Source of the DNA: a virus
Virus record (IMG/VR): IMGVR_UViG_3300042375_000763
Span: 16,191-80,190 of that record
Strand: one strand, 5' to 3'
DNA length: 64,000 nucleotides
Shown: in pieces, positions 1 through 9,388 of the stretch
Layout of the letters: each line of letters opens with the position of its first letter
Numbering within the stretch: the first letter of the stretch is position 1
Program-made: the position numbers and the translations under genes
Notes under the pieces: model-generated
What the model was told of the DNA's origin: nothing
Databases searched by the model: none
What the model saw: only the letters and a program-made list of their open reading frames with translations

Positions 1-161
1 CGAAATACTCATCTTTAATATAAGGGAAAACCTTGCGGGAAAATTCTTCATTAAATAAAAGATTCGAAATAATTGTCTTTTCTATCATAAACCACCTCTT
101 TGGAAACAAATTATGCTCTGATCATTGCTGATCAGAGCAGTCTTAAATCATAATAACATAC

Positions 162-713
162 TTATTCGTCGATGTCAACATCTTCTTCATCATCGTCAAT
201 ACGTGTTTGTGATCCACCAGATCCACCACCAGTCAATTTAAACTTACGTTCAACATAGTCTTTAAAAACTTTGTCTTTGATTAGATTTTCAAAGTATGCA
301 TCATTATTCTCAATGTCTTTTGCACGATAACTCTTTTCAGAGATTTCACCGGTTTCCATATCCACAGTCTGATACCAACCAACTTTTGGTTTAATAATGT
401 GTCCAGATTCTTGAGCAAGCTCAAATAGTGAGGACCATTTATAGATACCGCTGTCAAAGAATACACTGAATGGAAGCTTTGACTTTTCCTTGACATAACG
501 AGACTTTTCAATGTTGATAGTAAATTTGAAACCCGCGAGTTCAGTTCCATCTTTCTCCTGTGATTTGGAGATGATAAAGATTTGGTTGGCCGAGTAATAG
601 ATACCAGTATTATGTGTTACTACTCCATTTCTTAGAATATAATGTTCGACTTCGTTTACAGATAAATCGTAAACAGGCTTTTTACCTACACTTTTAATTT
701 GCGATATTTTCAT
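162..713 (-). CDS. uvsX: UvsX C-terminal part fused to 35-aa C-terminal split-intein fragment
   Basis: MKISQIK..VYDLSV..HY..NGVVTHN (intein blocks F/G) then TGIYYSANQIFIISK..EKSRYVKEK, matching the T4 UvsX C-terminal half. Confidence 0.93.
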   Translation of the reverse strand: MKISQIKSVGKKPVYDLSVNEVEHYILRNGVVTHNTGIYYSANQIFIISKSQEKDGTELAGFKFTINIEKSRYVKEKSKLPFSVFFDSGIYKWSSLFELAQESGHIIKPKVGWYQTVDMETGEISEKSYRAKDIENNDAYFENLIKDKVFKDYVERKFKLTGGGSGGSQTRIDDDEEDVDIDE

Positions 714-1596
714 CTTTTTTCCTTTTGTTGTTATTCCAACCCTGATAAAGTCTACCGAACTTCCACCCTTCTGGCAATTCTTTTTCTGACTTTATCTTTA
801 TGTTTTCTATACCATTATTAATCCATTTGCTACCAGTGGATTTTTTTTCTGATAATGTGTAAGGATTAACCCACAGTTTTTTGTCATATGAATCTGATAA
901 ATCTTTATGGATTCTTACAGTTGCACCTGTTTCTTTATTTTTTAACATAATAAGATTTTTTCTTCCTATTTTCTTTTTATGTTCTTCAGATTTAGGTTTT
1001 TTTGCTATATTTTCAATCCATTCTTGAACTTTCTCAGGAGACCTAGTTTCTCTGCTATTGGCGATTGCAATTTTACTTCTAGTTTCGTCAGAATGAGTTT
1101 TTCCATAAAATCCATTTTTATCACCCGAAGATCCTCTTTTCTTTCTTTCCTCTGAGGTTAAAATAGTACCTTTAGAAACACCTACATATTCACCGTTTAG
1201 AACTTTTTTATGATTTCTTGGCAACCTTACTGTTTTACCTGTTCTGGTATTTTTATATGTTGCGTAATCTGAATCACTAAAAGTATTTACTGATGCTAAT
1301 GATAAATTAAAATATTCTGTATCTGCAACAACATCTAAGTGTTTTTGTATTTCATACTCATACTTTAATGTTTCTTTATAATCTTCAAACGTGGCTAAAA
1401 TTTCAGTTTCAATAATATCTTCATTTATGTAATCTTTAAAAAATTTATAAGTCGAAGAACCATAGTATGGTTTATTTCTTTTATCATAAATAACACCCTC
1501 AAATAGTGTTGAATTTGATTTAGAACCTATATACATATATGGTTCTTCGCCTCTTTCTTTGCGTTTTGTAAAAGTAAGTTTATATACACAGTGCAT
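694..1596 (-). CDS. Free-standing homing endonuclease (GIY-YIG/Seg-like with NUMOD3 motifs) between the uvsX halves
   Basis: N-terminal VY..YIG, YYGSS and YFN motifs; NGFYGKTHSDETRSKI and KSEEHKKKI motifs. Confidence 0.85.
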   Translation of the reverse strand: MHCVYKLTFTKRKERGEEPYMYIGSKSNSTLFEGVIYDKRNKPYYGSSTYKFFKDYINEDIIETEILATFEDYKETLKYEYEIQKHLDVVADTEYFNLSLASVNTFSDSDYATYKNTRTGKTVRLPRNHKKVLNGEYVGVSKGTILTSEERKKRGSSGDKNGFYGKTHSDETRSKIAIANSRETRSPEKVQEWIENIAKKPKSEEHKKKIGRKNLIMLKNKETGATVRIHKDLSDSYDKKLWVNPYTLSEKKSTGSKWINNGIENIKIKSEKELPEGWKFGRLYQGWNNNKRKKDENIAN

Positions 1597-1599
1597 TTT

Positions 1600-1640
1600 G
1601 GTATCCTTAGTTAACAGTATAGTAGATACCTGTATTTATA
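1600..1640 (-). promoter_or_regulatory. T4 late promoter plus RBS-sequestering hairpin for the endonuclease
   Basis: TATAAATA at 1633-1640 followed by GGTATC...AAGGATACC; the pairing covers the Shine-Dalgarno. Confidence 0.65.
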
Positions 1641-1643
1641 AAT

Positions 1644-2549
1644 TTAAAGAACTGTGCAATCAATTCCTACTGTTAGATCTTTGGCTTCTACCCATTTACC
1701 ATTAACTAAAAACTTATGCTTATCGGAAACAGTAACTGTATAACCATCCTCAAATGTAATTTCATAACACTCTGGCATACCATCTTCTAGAGTATCTGGG
1801 TTCCACACGTGAGTCACAATTTGCTCGCCACTGAGTGTAATAACTTTTTCACCCACATTAAAATCTTCTACCTTTTTCAACCCGTCTGGTGTTTGTATTT
1901 CAGTACCCGCAACAACACAACCACCAGAAACAATAGCCTTTGGATAAAGACCCATTTCCTGATAGATATGATTGACGGCAAGACATGGGATATTCTTTGT
2001 AGTCAAGTGCGGAGTGATAATGCGGAACAAAGATTTTAGACTCTTTGCACGTGACATATCAGCAACTGACTTTTCATTTTCTGCATCTTCTACTTCTTTC
2101 TTGGAAGCAAGGTTACCGATAGAGTCAATCATAATAAAGACATTATCCTTTTTATCTACTTCTTGTAGACGTTGGACAATATCAAATTTAAGCTGTTCAA
2201 CATTTTCAAGTGGTATGTGAATAACGCGGTTACTATCAATATTAAAACTTTCAAGATAATCGGGCGTGATACCAAATTCTGAGTCATAAAGAATAGCAAC
2301 ACCTTCTTTATACTTATCAAGATATGCTTTCATACAATATAGTGATAGCATGGTTTTAAAGCTCTTCGAAGCACCAGCAACTACTGTTAGACCTGGTAGC
2401 AAACCACCTTCAAGTGAACCACTGAATGCAATGTTTAAGATCGGAAGATCTGTAGGGATTATATCTTTAGCGTTAAAGAATGTTGATTTGGAAAGTACTG
2501 ATGCAGCTTTGATATTACCTGCTTTTAACATTTTTTCTAATAGACTCAT
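1644..2549 (-). CDS. uvsX: UvsX (RecA-like) N-terminal 210 aa fused to 91-aa N-terminal split-intein fragment
   Basis: Walker A GASKSFKT, YDSEFG, IDSIGNLASKKE; after SGG comes CVVAGTEI (block A, Cys at 1917-1919) and TVSDKHKF (block B). Confidence 0.95.
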   Translation of the reverse strand: MSLLEKMLKAGNIKAASVLSKSTFFNAKDIIPTDLPILNIAFSGSLEGGLLPGLTVVAGASKSFKTMLSLYCMKAYLDKYKEGVAILYDSEFGITPDYLESFNIDSNRVIHIPLENVEQLKFDIVQRLQEVDKKDNVFIMIDSIGNLASKKEVEDAENEKSVADMSRAKSLKSLFRIITPHLTTKNIPCLAVNHIYQEMGLYPKAIVSGGCVVAGTEIQTPDGLKKVEDFNVGEKVITLSGEQIVTHVWNPDTLEDGMPECYEITFEDGYTVTVSDKHKFLVNGKWVEAKDLTVGIDCTVL

Positions 2550-2830
2550 CTATGAATTCCTTCTACAATTCGTTTTAATTTTTCTTTATATTCTTGGATT
2601 TTTTCAACTCTGTTTGGCCAATGTATTGTTGATTTTTCTGGATTTTTACAAAGATTATCCAAGAAAGGAATAATTGATGAATATAGAAGTTTGAGTCTAT
2701 CTTCTAAATCTTCTATTTTTTCTTTATCACCGCGGATAACTGCCCCTAGGCTTTCCTTGACCTCATGTACTTCTTCATCAGCAAAACTAAAACCAAAATC
2801 AAAGTCTTCTATTTTAGCCTCTTTTTTCAT
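2546..2830 (-). CDS. Conserved T4-like hypothetical protein
   Basis: ORF coupled to uvsX start; DFDFGFSF and IHWPNR motifs. Confidence 0.6.
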   Translation of the reverse strand: MKKEAKIEDFDFGFSFADEEVHEVKESLGAVIRGDKEKIEDLEDRLKLLYSSIIPFLDNLCKNPEKSTIHWPNRVEKIQEYKEKLKRIVEGIHR

Positions 2831-2888
2831 GTGTATATCCTCTCATTAAAGTATACAATAAACTCGATTGAATCGAGTGAATGTTAAT

Positions 2889-2912
2889 TGGAGAGGGAAT
2901 TAACCCTCTCCA
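2889..2912 (-). terminator. Hairpin terminator after gene 32
   Basis: TGGAGAGGG-AATTAA-CCCTCTCCA inverted repeat. Confidence 0.55.
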
Positions 2913-2928
2913 TCTTTAAGTTGTGATT

Positions 2929-3870
2929 TTAGGTCTTTGAAAGGTTTCTGAAGAACTCTAGATCATCTTCATCTTCGTCAGTTGAAGCGGCTTGTTCTTT
3001 CATTGGAGCTGCAGGTGTCTCTTTTTTAGGGGCCTGTGCTTTACTCATATCGAGTTCACCATATAGATCTTCCTCTGCTGAAGACGCAGCATTGGAGCGA
3101 AGATCGGCATCAGCACCAACAATGCCAAGTACACGATGAAGTTTTGCCTTTAGTTCATCATATGGTTTGAAGTTCTTTGGATCAATGACATCCTTGAGAG
3201 AATGTGATTGTTTCCATACTCTTTCAATTTCAGAATCATCTTCGAAGAAAGCAGACGATGAATCAAATTCAGATTTATCATAGTTTGGATAACCTTCAAA
3301 CACCCGGATTTTCAATCGGAAGTTAGCACCTTCCCATAGATCGAATGGGTTAACAGGCTTTTCATCTTCGAATGAAGGATTCATAAGATCATTGAGTTTG
3401 TCCCAGATCTTCTTGCCATATTTAAACAAGAATACCTTGCCATCATTTTCTGGGTTGCCAGAATCCTTAACGATATATACGTTAGAGATGTAATGAAGTC
3501 TGCGTTTCTGGTCACGTGCTTGTTTACGTTCTGGAGCACTATCGTCAGTACTCACATTCCATAGTTTGGTATTTAGTTCAGATACTGGGTCTGGTTGACC
3601 AACTGTCGTAAGTGAATTTTCGATATACCAACCACCAGGACCTTTAAACCCGTGGTCCCATAGACGTACGAATGGCATATCCTCGCCTTCTGGTGAGTCT
3701 AGAAAGCGAATAATCGCAAAACCATTACCTGCTGAGTCTCGAGTCGGTTTCCAATATTTACCTTCATTTGGATCGGCATATGATTTGGAACTGATTTTTG
3801 TGAGCTGTTGGTTCAGTTTCTCGAGTGAATTTGAACGGTTCTTCTTTAGTGCTTGAAAATCTACAGCCAT
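2929..3870 (-). CDS. 32: Single-stranded DNA-binding protein gp32
   Basis: GNGFAIIRFL, HGFKGPGGWYIENS, PFDLWEGANF, acidic tail. Confidence 0.96.
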   Translation of the reverse strand: MAVDFQALKKNRSNSLEKLNQQLTKISSKSYADPNEGKYWKPTRDSAGNGFAIIRFLDSPEGEDMPFVRLWDHGFKGPGGWYIENSLTTVGQPDPVSELNTKLWNVSTDDSAPERKQARDQKRRLHYISNVYIVKDSGNPENDGKVFLFKYGKKIWDKLNDLMNPSFEDEKPVNPFDLWEGANFRLKIRVFEGYPNYDKSEFDSSSAFFEDDSEIERVWKQSHSLKDVIDPKNFKPYDELKAKLHRVLGIVGADADLRSNAASSAEEDLYGELDMSKAQAPKKETPAAPMKEQAASTDEDEDDLEFFRNLSKT

Positions 3871-3950
3871 AGTGTTTCTCCTTATATAGCATTATATGCA
3901 ATTGTTTACAATGTATCGTAATGTTTATTTTATCATTACGAGTTTATTTA

Positions 3951-4547
3951 TTACTCGAAAAAGTGTTCTTTGACAATATCTGAAAATTTTTTTCGATTTA
4001 TTTCCAAAAATGGATAATATTTTTTGGATAGTCTAATAATATCACCTGCCACGATTTTGTCAACTACTTCCTTTGACCATCGTTCATAAACATTTGAAAT
4101 GTTTGCTAAAATTGTAAACGTTTCAATGGATATTTTGTTTTGTAAATATAGTGATATTACATATGGGTGCTGACCATTAACAGGGATAAAATTCTCTGCA
4201 TAATTCTCTTTTAATCTAGAGAGATCATTTTTGAATATGTATGTTATTGAGTCAATTCTGCCTTCCCATTCAGCAAAAATAGTTTCGGCATTTTCTTCTA
4301 ATATTTCTCTTACCCAGATGTTTGGGTTTTTAAGTATATTAGCCAATATCATATTATGCCAATCTTTTTTCTTTGATAGTTTATAGAAAAAGAAAACATC
4401 ATTTCTAGTGGAAAAACTATCAAATGATGCTCTTACTTTTCCATTATATTTTTGGTAATCGTAACTATCAGTAGTAAAATGTCGCTTCAGTGCCAGATAA
4501 TCGACATAAACACGAAACGATTCATCAGTCGCATAGTTTATTGTCAT
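3951..4547 (-). CDS. 59: Helicase loader gp59
   Basis: YLALKRHFT..YDYQKYNGK, ISIETF; synteny 33-59-32. Confidence 0.9.
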   Translation of the reverse strand: MTINYATDESFRVYVDYLALKRHFTTDSYDYQKYNGKVRASFDSFSTRNDVFFFYKLSKKKDWHNMILANILKNPNIWVREILEENAETIFAEWEGRIDSITYIFKNDLSRLKENYAENFIPVNGQHPYVISLYLQNKISIETFTILANISNVYERWSKEVVDKIVAGDIIRLSKKYYPFLEINRKKFSDIVKEHFFE

Positions 4548-4758
4548 TTTTATCTTTTTTCACCAATTTCATATTAATAGCTTCGGATCTAATCTTTTCT
4601 TTCATTACAGTTGATTTTTTCACAATTTCTGCAATTGTTTCTATTTCAACATTTCGTGTTTTGGCATATTCAACCAATGCATCAATATAGGGAACTCCCA
4701 TTGAAAGCATTCTTGCAATTTCAAAATGAATCTTTTCAGGAGTTTGTGTTTCTATCAT
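4525..4758 (-). CDS. 33: Late transcription co-activator gp33
   Basis: YIDALVEY..EIE..KEKIRSEA motif; synteny. Confidence 0.8.
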   Translation of the reverse strand: MIETQTPEKIHFEIARMLSMGVPYIDALVEYAKTRNVEIETIAEIVKKSTVMKEKIRSEAINMKLVKKDKNDNKLCD

Positions 4759-4958
4759 CCGTTAAGAACCTGAATTGAGCCTAACCAATTAGATGCCATA
4801 CTTTCGACAAACAAGACTGAAGAATTTTTATATGGTACTTTTTTAATACTTCCGGCTGGACTATAATACTCTATGTAATAGTCTGTTTCGGTTTCTTGAT
4901 GAATTTCTGCACGATATTGACCGTGATCGCTTTCTTTAAATATAGTTTTTAATAGCAT
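4755..4958 (-). CDS. Hypothetical protein
   Basis: ORF with SD, overlapping gene 33 start. Confidence 0.55.
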   Translation of the reverse strand: MLLKTIFKESDHGQYRAEIHQETETDYYIEYYSPAGSIKKVPYKNSSVLFVESMASNWLGSIQVLNG

Positions 4959-4971
4959 AACTTTCCTTCCA

Positions 4972-5610
4972 TTAATTTTTAACTAAAAAACCGATCCTGG
5001 GAAGATCTAAAAACCCGGCGGCACCATCGTAGTTAATAATATAACTATAACCTAATTTTGTATATTTGTCAACTACTTCCTCATCGCCCTTCCAAACAGG
5101 TATCAGTTCATTGTAGTCTGGATCAGGTGATGTTCTTAAATGTACTTCGATTATTTTATCATCAATATATTCTATATTAATCTTATCAAGATCTGCTAGT
5201 TCATGAAACATTATTCCAATATTAGGGTAAAAATCTGTTCTAATCCACTTTGTAAATTTTGAAAGGTTTTCATCTTCCTTAATACCTTGCCAGCACGATA
5301 TTGGCTCCCATCCACCAGGATAGTCCTTCCATTGATATGTCACTGAATACTGATTACCATAAAACCATTCACACCAAAAATAACCAGGTGGTACTTTAGT
5401 GCAATCATCAGTGTCAATCCATATTTTCTTCGCTCCGACACCCATACCCAATAAATTTATCATGGGTCGAGTGATATAAAATCCAGAAGTTTTTGGTGCT
5501 ATGCCCGCAGGCCCGCAATTATAACCAAGTTGTTCAGATAACCAAAGTTTATTGTACCAATGTCTTAAATGCGAATAAGACTGATAGGCATCAACATCAG
5601 TATCTACCAT
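4972..5610 (-). CDS. Conserved hypothetical protein (possibly ATP-grasp-like)
   Basis: LGYNCGPAG, PGYFWCEWF, INIEY..IIEVHLR; fold call is a guess. Confidence 0.55.
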   Translation of the reverse strand: MVDTDVDAYQSYSHLRHWYNKLWLSEQLGYNCGPAGIAPKTSGFYITRPMINLLGMGVGAKKIWIDTDDCTKVPPGYFWCEWFYGNQYSVTYQWKDYPGGWEPISCWQGIKEDENLSKFTKWIRTDFYPNIGIMFHELADLDKINIEYIDDKIIEVHLRTSPDPDYNELIPVWKGDEEVVDKYTKLGYSYIINYDGAAGFLDLPRIGFLVKN

Positions 5611-6279
5611 TTAAATAATCTCGGGAAATAAACACTTGCTTACAAAGAAATCAACGTCTTGCTCGTCAAGACCTAATGCCTTCATAGTTCGAGGTGTATG
5701 GGGATTTTGTTTTTGATAGTGGGCATATTTATTATGTGCATACGACGAAGGCATATCATCTATCACCTGCATATTCTCAACATACCATTTCGTGTTTGCT
5801 ATGACTAGTGATGTAAGACGATACAACTCTTCGTCCGTTTGGATGTTGCCAGCTGCTACCATATTCCCTGAGAAGATTGCTCTCGCCCAATCTGGCAACT
5901 CTCGCTGTTTACCCCATGTATACTGAGACACTTCATCGGCAAAGTATGTGAGTGCAGGGTCATTAAGGTTTGCTGGGGAAAAATCGTGAAATGCGCCGGT
6001 GATCTTTGTCGGCCCCGATATAATATCGAAACCATATATAGGAGCTCCGGACTGCAGTTGTGGGAATACACACACGTGCATCATCCACAACTTTTTGGTT
6101 TCTCGCGCATCCACAACATCGATGTGTGCTCGTCTAAACTTTTCAGACTTCCATGTTCGATTAATCCATCCTGCTTGATTAAACCGCTGGGTGTGTTCTT
6201 CATCATATCGAACCATATTTTTGTCGAATATGTCTTCGATATCACGTTGCAGCGTTATTAGGTGGTCCCATATCGGCAA
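5611..6279 (-). CDS. pcyX: Ferredoxin-dependent bilin reductase (PcyX/PcyA family)
   Basis: RRAHIDVVDAR, MMHVCVFP, PIYGFD, GAFHDFSP, QKQNPHTPR; adjacent to heme oxygenase. Confidence 0.85.
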   Translation of the reverse strand: MPIWDHLITLQRDIEDIFDKNMVRYDEEHTQRFNQAGWINRTWKSEKFRRAHIDVVDARETKKLWMMHVCVFPQLQSGAPIYGFDIISGPTKITGAFHDFSPANLNDPALTYFADEVSQYTWGKQRELPDWARAIFSGNMVAAGNIQTDEELYRLTSLVIANTKWYVENMQVIDDMPSSYAHNKYAHYQKQNPHTPRTMKALGLDEQDVDFFVSKCLFPEII

Positions 6280-6820
6280 AGCTATTCTCCAATTCTTCCA
6301 TGAATGTTTTAATCATATTAAAGCAGACTTTTGCTTCATCGGCAAGCCCATCATGTAACTTTGCCCGAACTTTTTCTTTTAATTCACTAACATCGGTCTC
6401 AAATTGATAGTGTTGACCAGAACCGTGTATAAATTTTTTTATAATCTGACCACCAGAAAGATCACCCATATGTCGAACATATATATGTGCCAAAAGTTTT
6501 TCTGGCTCTTCGTGTATCTTGTAAATATAGCGCATATAGTCACTAGTACTTTTCAAATGAATAGGAATCTCAAATCCATATTCCTTTTCGAGTTCCTTTA
6601 GATCTTTTGCAATGGCATTTCCACGCTTGATATCTTCAATACCTATTAGAACACCGGCATCAGTTGCATGTGTCTCTAAAGTAGTATACATGAGGAACTG
6701 ATTACAAAGATAGATATAATATTGATATGGTGTTATCTCTTTTTTGAGTAATTTCTTTACAAAAAGAGACCTTTCAGCATTCTTGTGCTGTTCATGTGTC
6801 AATTCTTTTAAATTATTCAT
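6242..6820 (-). CDS. hemO: Heme oxygenase
   Basis: LKELT..H..AE, AHIYVRHMGDLSGGQII. Confidence 0.92.
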   Translation of the reverse strand: MNNLKELTHEQHKNAERSLFVKKLLKKEITPYQYYIYLCNQFLMYTTLETHATDAGVLIGIEDIKRGNAIAKDLKELEKEYGFEIPIHLKSTSDYMRYIYKIHEEPEKLLAHIYVRHMGDLSGGQIIKKFIHGSGQHYQFETDVSELKEKVRAKLHDGLADEAKVCFNMIKTFMEELENSFADMGPPNNAAT

Positions 6821-7026
6821 GGCTTGCAAATATTTGAAACCTTGCAACCATCGAGTGTAATTTTGGTAAAATCTTCAAAATTCTTAGTTATTATTTTACA
6901 CAATTCTGATTGTTTGTCAACAAAATTGTAAAGACCTTGCTTTATTCTTTCATCAGTCACAGTTGCATTTACAAATTGTTTTTTGGTGGATTGTATAAAG
7001 TCAATCATGAAGTTTACATTATTCAT
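6817..7026 (-). CDS. Small hypothetical protein
   Basis: SD AGGAG; coupled to hemO. Confidence 0.55.
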   Translation of the reverse strand: MNNVNFMIDFIQSTKKQFVNATVTDERIKQGLYNFVDKQSELCKIITKNFEDFTKITLDGCKVSNICKP

Positions 7027-7075
7027 GTTAGTCTCCTTGTATAAAGAGGGAACTTAATTGATCCCTCTTATTTTT

Positions 7076-7969
7076 TTACCAGAATTTCAGTTTCTTTACT
7101 ACGTTTTTAGCACCATCTGAAATAGTATTTACAACAGTAGTTCCGGTATTCACTACAGTTGTTGCAGCTTGAGTAGTTACATTAGCAGTATCATTTGCTA
7201 CATTTACTACTGCTACTTGTGCTGGTTTAGTATCAACACTGACACTAGTATTAACTTCAACACCCGCTAGTAATGCAACTTCACCACTTACACCAACGGT
7301 AGCAACACCATGATCCATAGTGGCACCGCCGCCGACTTCAGCACCTACTTGAACCCCTATACTAGCACCAGCGCCCGCACTGGCTCCATTACCATTACTG
7401 TCATATGCACTGGTTGTATTTTCTACACCAACACTTGCACCTGCGACAGCACCAGCATGACCCGCAACACCATCTTTACCAACTTGTACGTCAGCTCCAG
7501 CACTTGCTCCTGCCTCTGCTTTAACAGTTGTTTCATTTTTTACCGTAACATCACCAACTTGTTGACTAATGCTAGCACTCGCTTCTGCGCTTACACCCGC
7601 TTCAACACCGACTTGTGCATATGCATTACCATCTGTAAATCCTGCTTGAGCTCCTGCTGTCGCATGTGCTTCGGCACCTGCATGTGCTTCTACTGATGTG
7701 TCACCATAAGTTGCACTTGCTCCTGCTTCTGCACTTACACCTACTTCGGCAGATGCAGCAGCACTTGTATTAGTTATTTCTGTTCCTGCTGTCGCATGTG
7801 CTTCGGCACCTGCATGAGCTTCTAAATTAACTCCGCCGACCGTAGTTTCAGTAGTTACCTCTTTGTTTACACTTGCACTTGCTCGTGGATTAATATCCGT
7901 ACCAGCTGTGAAGTCACTAGATGCTTTAGTTTTAAGACCTTTTTTATCTTTTTTTGTTTTATTTGCCAT
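7076..7969 (-). CDS. Ala/Gly/Val-rich repeat protein
   Basis: EAHAGAEAHATAG repeats; DNA repeat CCTGCTGTCGCATGTGCTTCGGCACCTGCATG near 7653 and 7784. Confidence 0.7.
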   Translation of the reverse strand: MANKTKKDKKGLKTKASSDFTAGTDINPRASASVNKEVTTETTVGGVNLEAHAGAEAHATAGTEITNTSAAASAEVGVSAEAGASATYGDTSVEAHAGAEAHATAGAQAGFTDGNAYAQVGVEAGVSAEASASISQQVGDVTVKNETTVKAEAGASAGADVQVGKDGVAGHAGAVAGASVGVENTTSAYDSNGNGASAGAGASIGVQVGAEVGGGATMDHGVATVGVSGEVALLAGVEVNTSVSVDTKPAQVAVVNVANDTANVTTQAATTVVNTGTTVVNTISDGAKNVVKKLKFW

Positions 7970-8050
7970 TATTTAATTTTTCCCAGTTGTATAAATGTAA
8001 TAAGAAGAGGAGACATTCATCCCCTCTTCTATTTATAATTTACAGTGAAA

Positions 8051-9013
8051 TTATTTTAAATCAGCAACTGCTGCTTGTGTTGCAGCAAGTTCTGGATCAG
8101 GAACTAAACCGTATGCAACAAGCGCTCCATTTGGTCCTGCCATTTCATCACTGACAAAAAATGCAATGTATTCTTTGAGGCCTGGGATTACTTGGAGGTG
8201 TGCATTCTTTACATAGAAATACAATGGGCGACTGATAGGATAATCACCACTTGCGATTGTTTCTACGTCTGGAAATATACCATTAATAGTTGCTACCTCA
8301 AGCTTGCTTGTATTGTTTTGATAAAAACTTAGGCCGAATACACCAAGCGCGGCTGGATTAGCATCTAGACGAGCAAGAGTTTCGGTATAGTCACCGTCAA
8401 TATCAACTGCAGCGCCATCTGTGCGAGTTTTAGTGCAGGATTTCTTTTGGTCATCGTCTAATTTTTCAACTCCAAGAGCTGCTTTACACCCTTGTTCCAT
8501 AACTTTAACATCAAATACTTCTCGTGTTCCATGTTTTGTTCCTGGAATAAATGCAAGAATTTTAGCATCCGGTAAAGCTGGATCAACTTCATTCCACCTT
8601 TGCGCAGTACTAGAAGCATGTAAAGCATTGTATAGTTGCAGTGGAGTTAAATCATCAATATTTAGTTTATCAATATTTGATGCAAATACAATTCCATCAT
8701 ACCCAATGCGAACTTCAGTAATTTTACCTACTTTTGCTTCACATGCAGCCCATTCTTCATCTTTCATCTTAGAAGAACTATTTGCAATATCTACCGTATT
8801 TTCACCGGTCCCTTCACATAGTTTCTTTCTACCTGCACCTGAACCACCCCCTTCGACAACCGGTGATGGAAATTCAAAGTTTTCTCCAAATGCTTCGGCA
8901 GCAATGGTTGCATAAGGTAGAACAGTTGATGAACCTGTTACTTGGATATTGTCTCTTGCAAATGCAGTAGACGCTGCTATAATTAATGCTGCACTTAGTA
9001 TTACTGTTTTCAT
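8051..9013 (-). CDS. pstS: Phosphate ABC transporter substrate-binding protein
   Basis: Signal peptide, GSSTVLP, GGSGAG, DIANSS, YPISRPLYFY. Confidence 0.93.
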   Translation of the reverse strand: MKTVILSAALIIAASTAFARDNIQVTGSSTVLPYATIAAEAFGENFEFPSPVVEGGGSGAGRKKLCEGTGENTVDIANSSSKMKDEEWAACEAKVGKITEVRIGYDGIVFASNIDKLNIDDLTPLQLYNALHASSTAQRWNEVDPALPDAKILAFIPGTKHGTREVFDVKVMEQGCKAALGVEKLDDDQKKSCTKTRTDGAAVDIDGDYTETLARLDANPAALGVFGLSFYQNNTSKLEVATINGIFPDVETIASGDYPISRPLYFYVKNAHLQVIPGLKEYIAFFVSDEMAGPNGALVAYGLVPDPELAATQAAVADLK

Positions 9014-9074
9014 TCAATATCTCCATATTAAGAGGCCTGCATTTTGCTTCCCCTGTAGGACTAATTTATACTAC

Positions 9075-9118
9075 AATTGTAACAGCCGTATAAATTCTAT
9101 ATTATAGTTTTGTAAAAT
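9075..9118 (-). promoter_or_regulatory. Putative degenerate Pho box upstream of pstS
   Basis: 11-bp periodic heptamers ATTTTAC-CTATAAT-AATTTAT-CTGTTAC versus consensus CTGTCAT. Confidence 0.35.
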
Positions 9119-9130
9119 TAATGAAGGCCC

Positions 9131-9388
9131 TTACGAGCCTTCACCTTTTCTTGTTGACGATGACACAAAGTTATAAAGTGCAGAAGCACGAGTTATGACT
9201 TCTTCTGGTGTATACATTGTAGGAGAGTTTTGTTCAACAAAATTATTTACTCCGCCAATGTCTGTAGTTCGCAATGTCTCAACTTGTTGATTGAATTTTT
9301 GCTCTTTCAAAAACATTTCTCTGTCTAGCATTTCTTGTGCCATTTTCAAAACATCAAGTCGAACTTCGAAGGGATTCTTATTATTCAT
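9131..9388 (-). CDS. Conserved hypothetical protein
   Basis: Likely start MNNKNPFEVRLDVLKMAQ overlapping the vWA stop. Confidence 0.6.
   Translation of the reverse strand: MNNKNPFEVRLDVLKMAQEMLDREMFLKEQKFNQQVETLRTTDIGGVNNFVEQNSPTMYTPEEVITRASALYNFVSSSTRKGEGS

Noticed and set aside
694-1643. Group I intron interrupting uvsX
   Set aside because: No room for an intron core (47-nt gap), and intein blocks on both halves explain the break.
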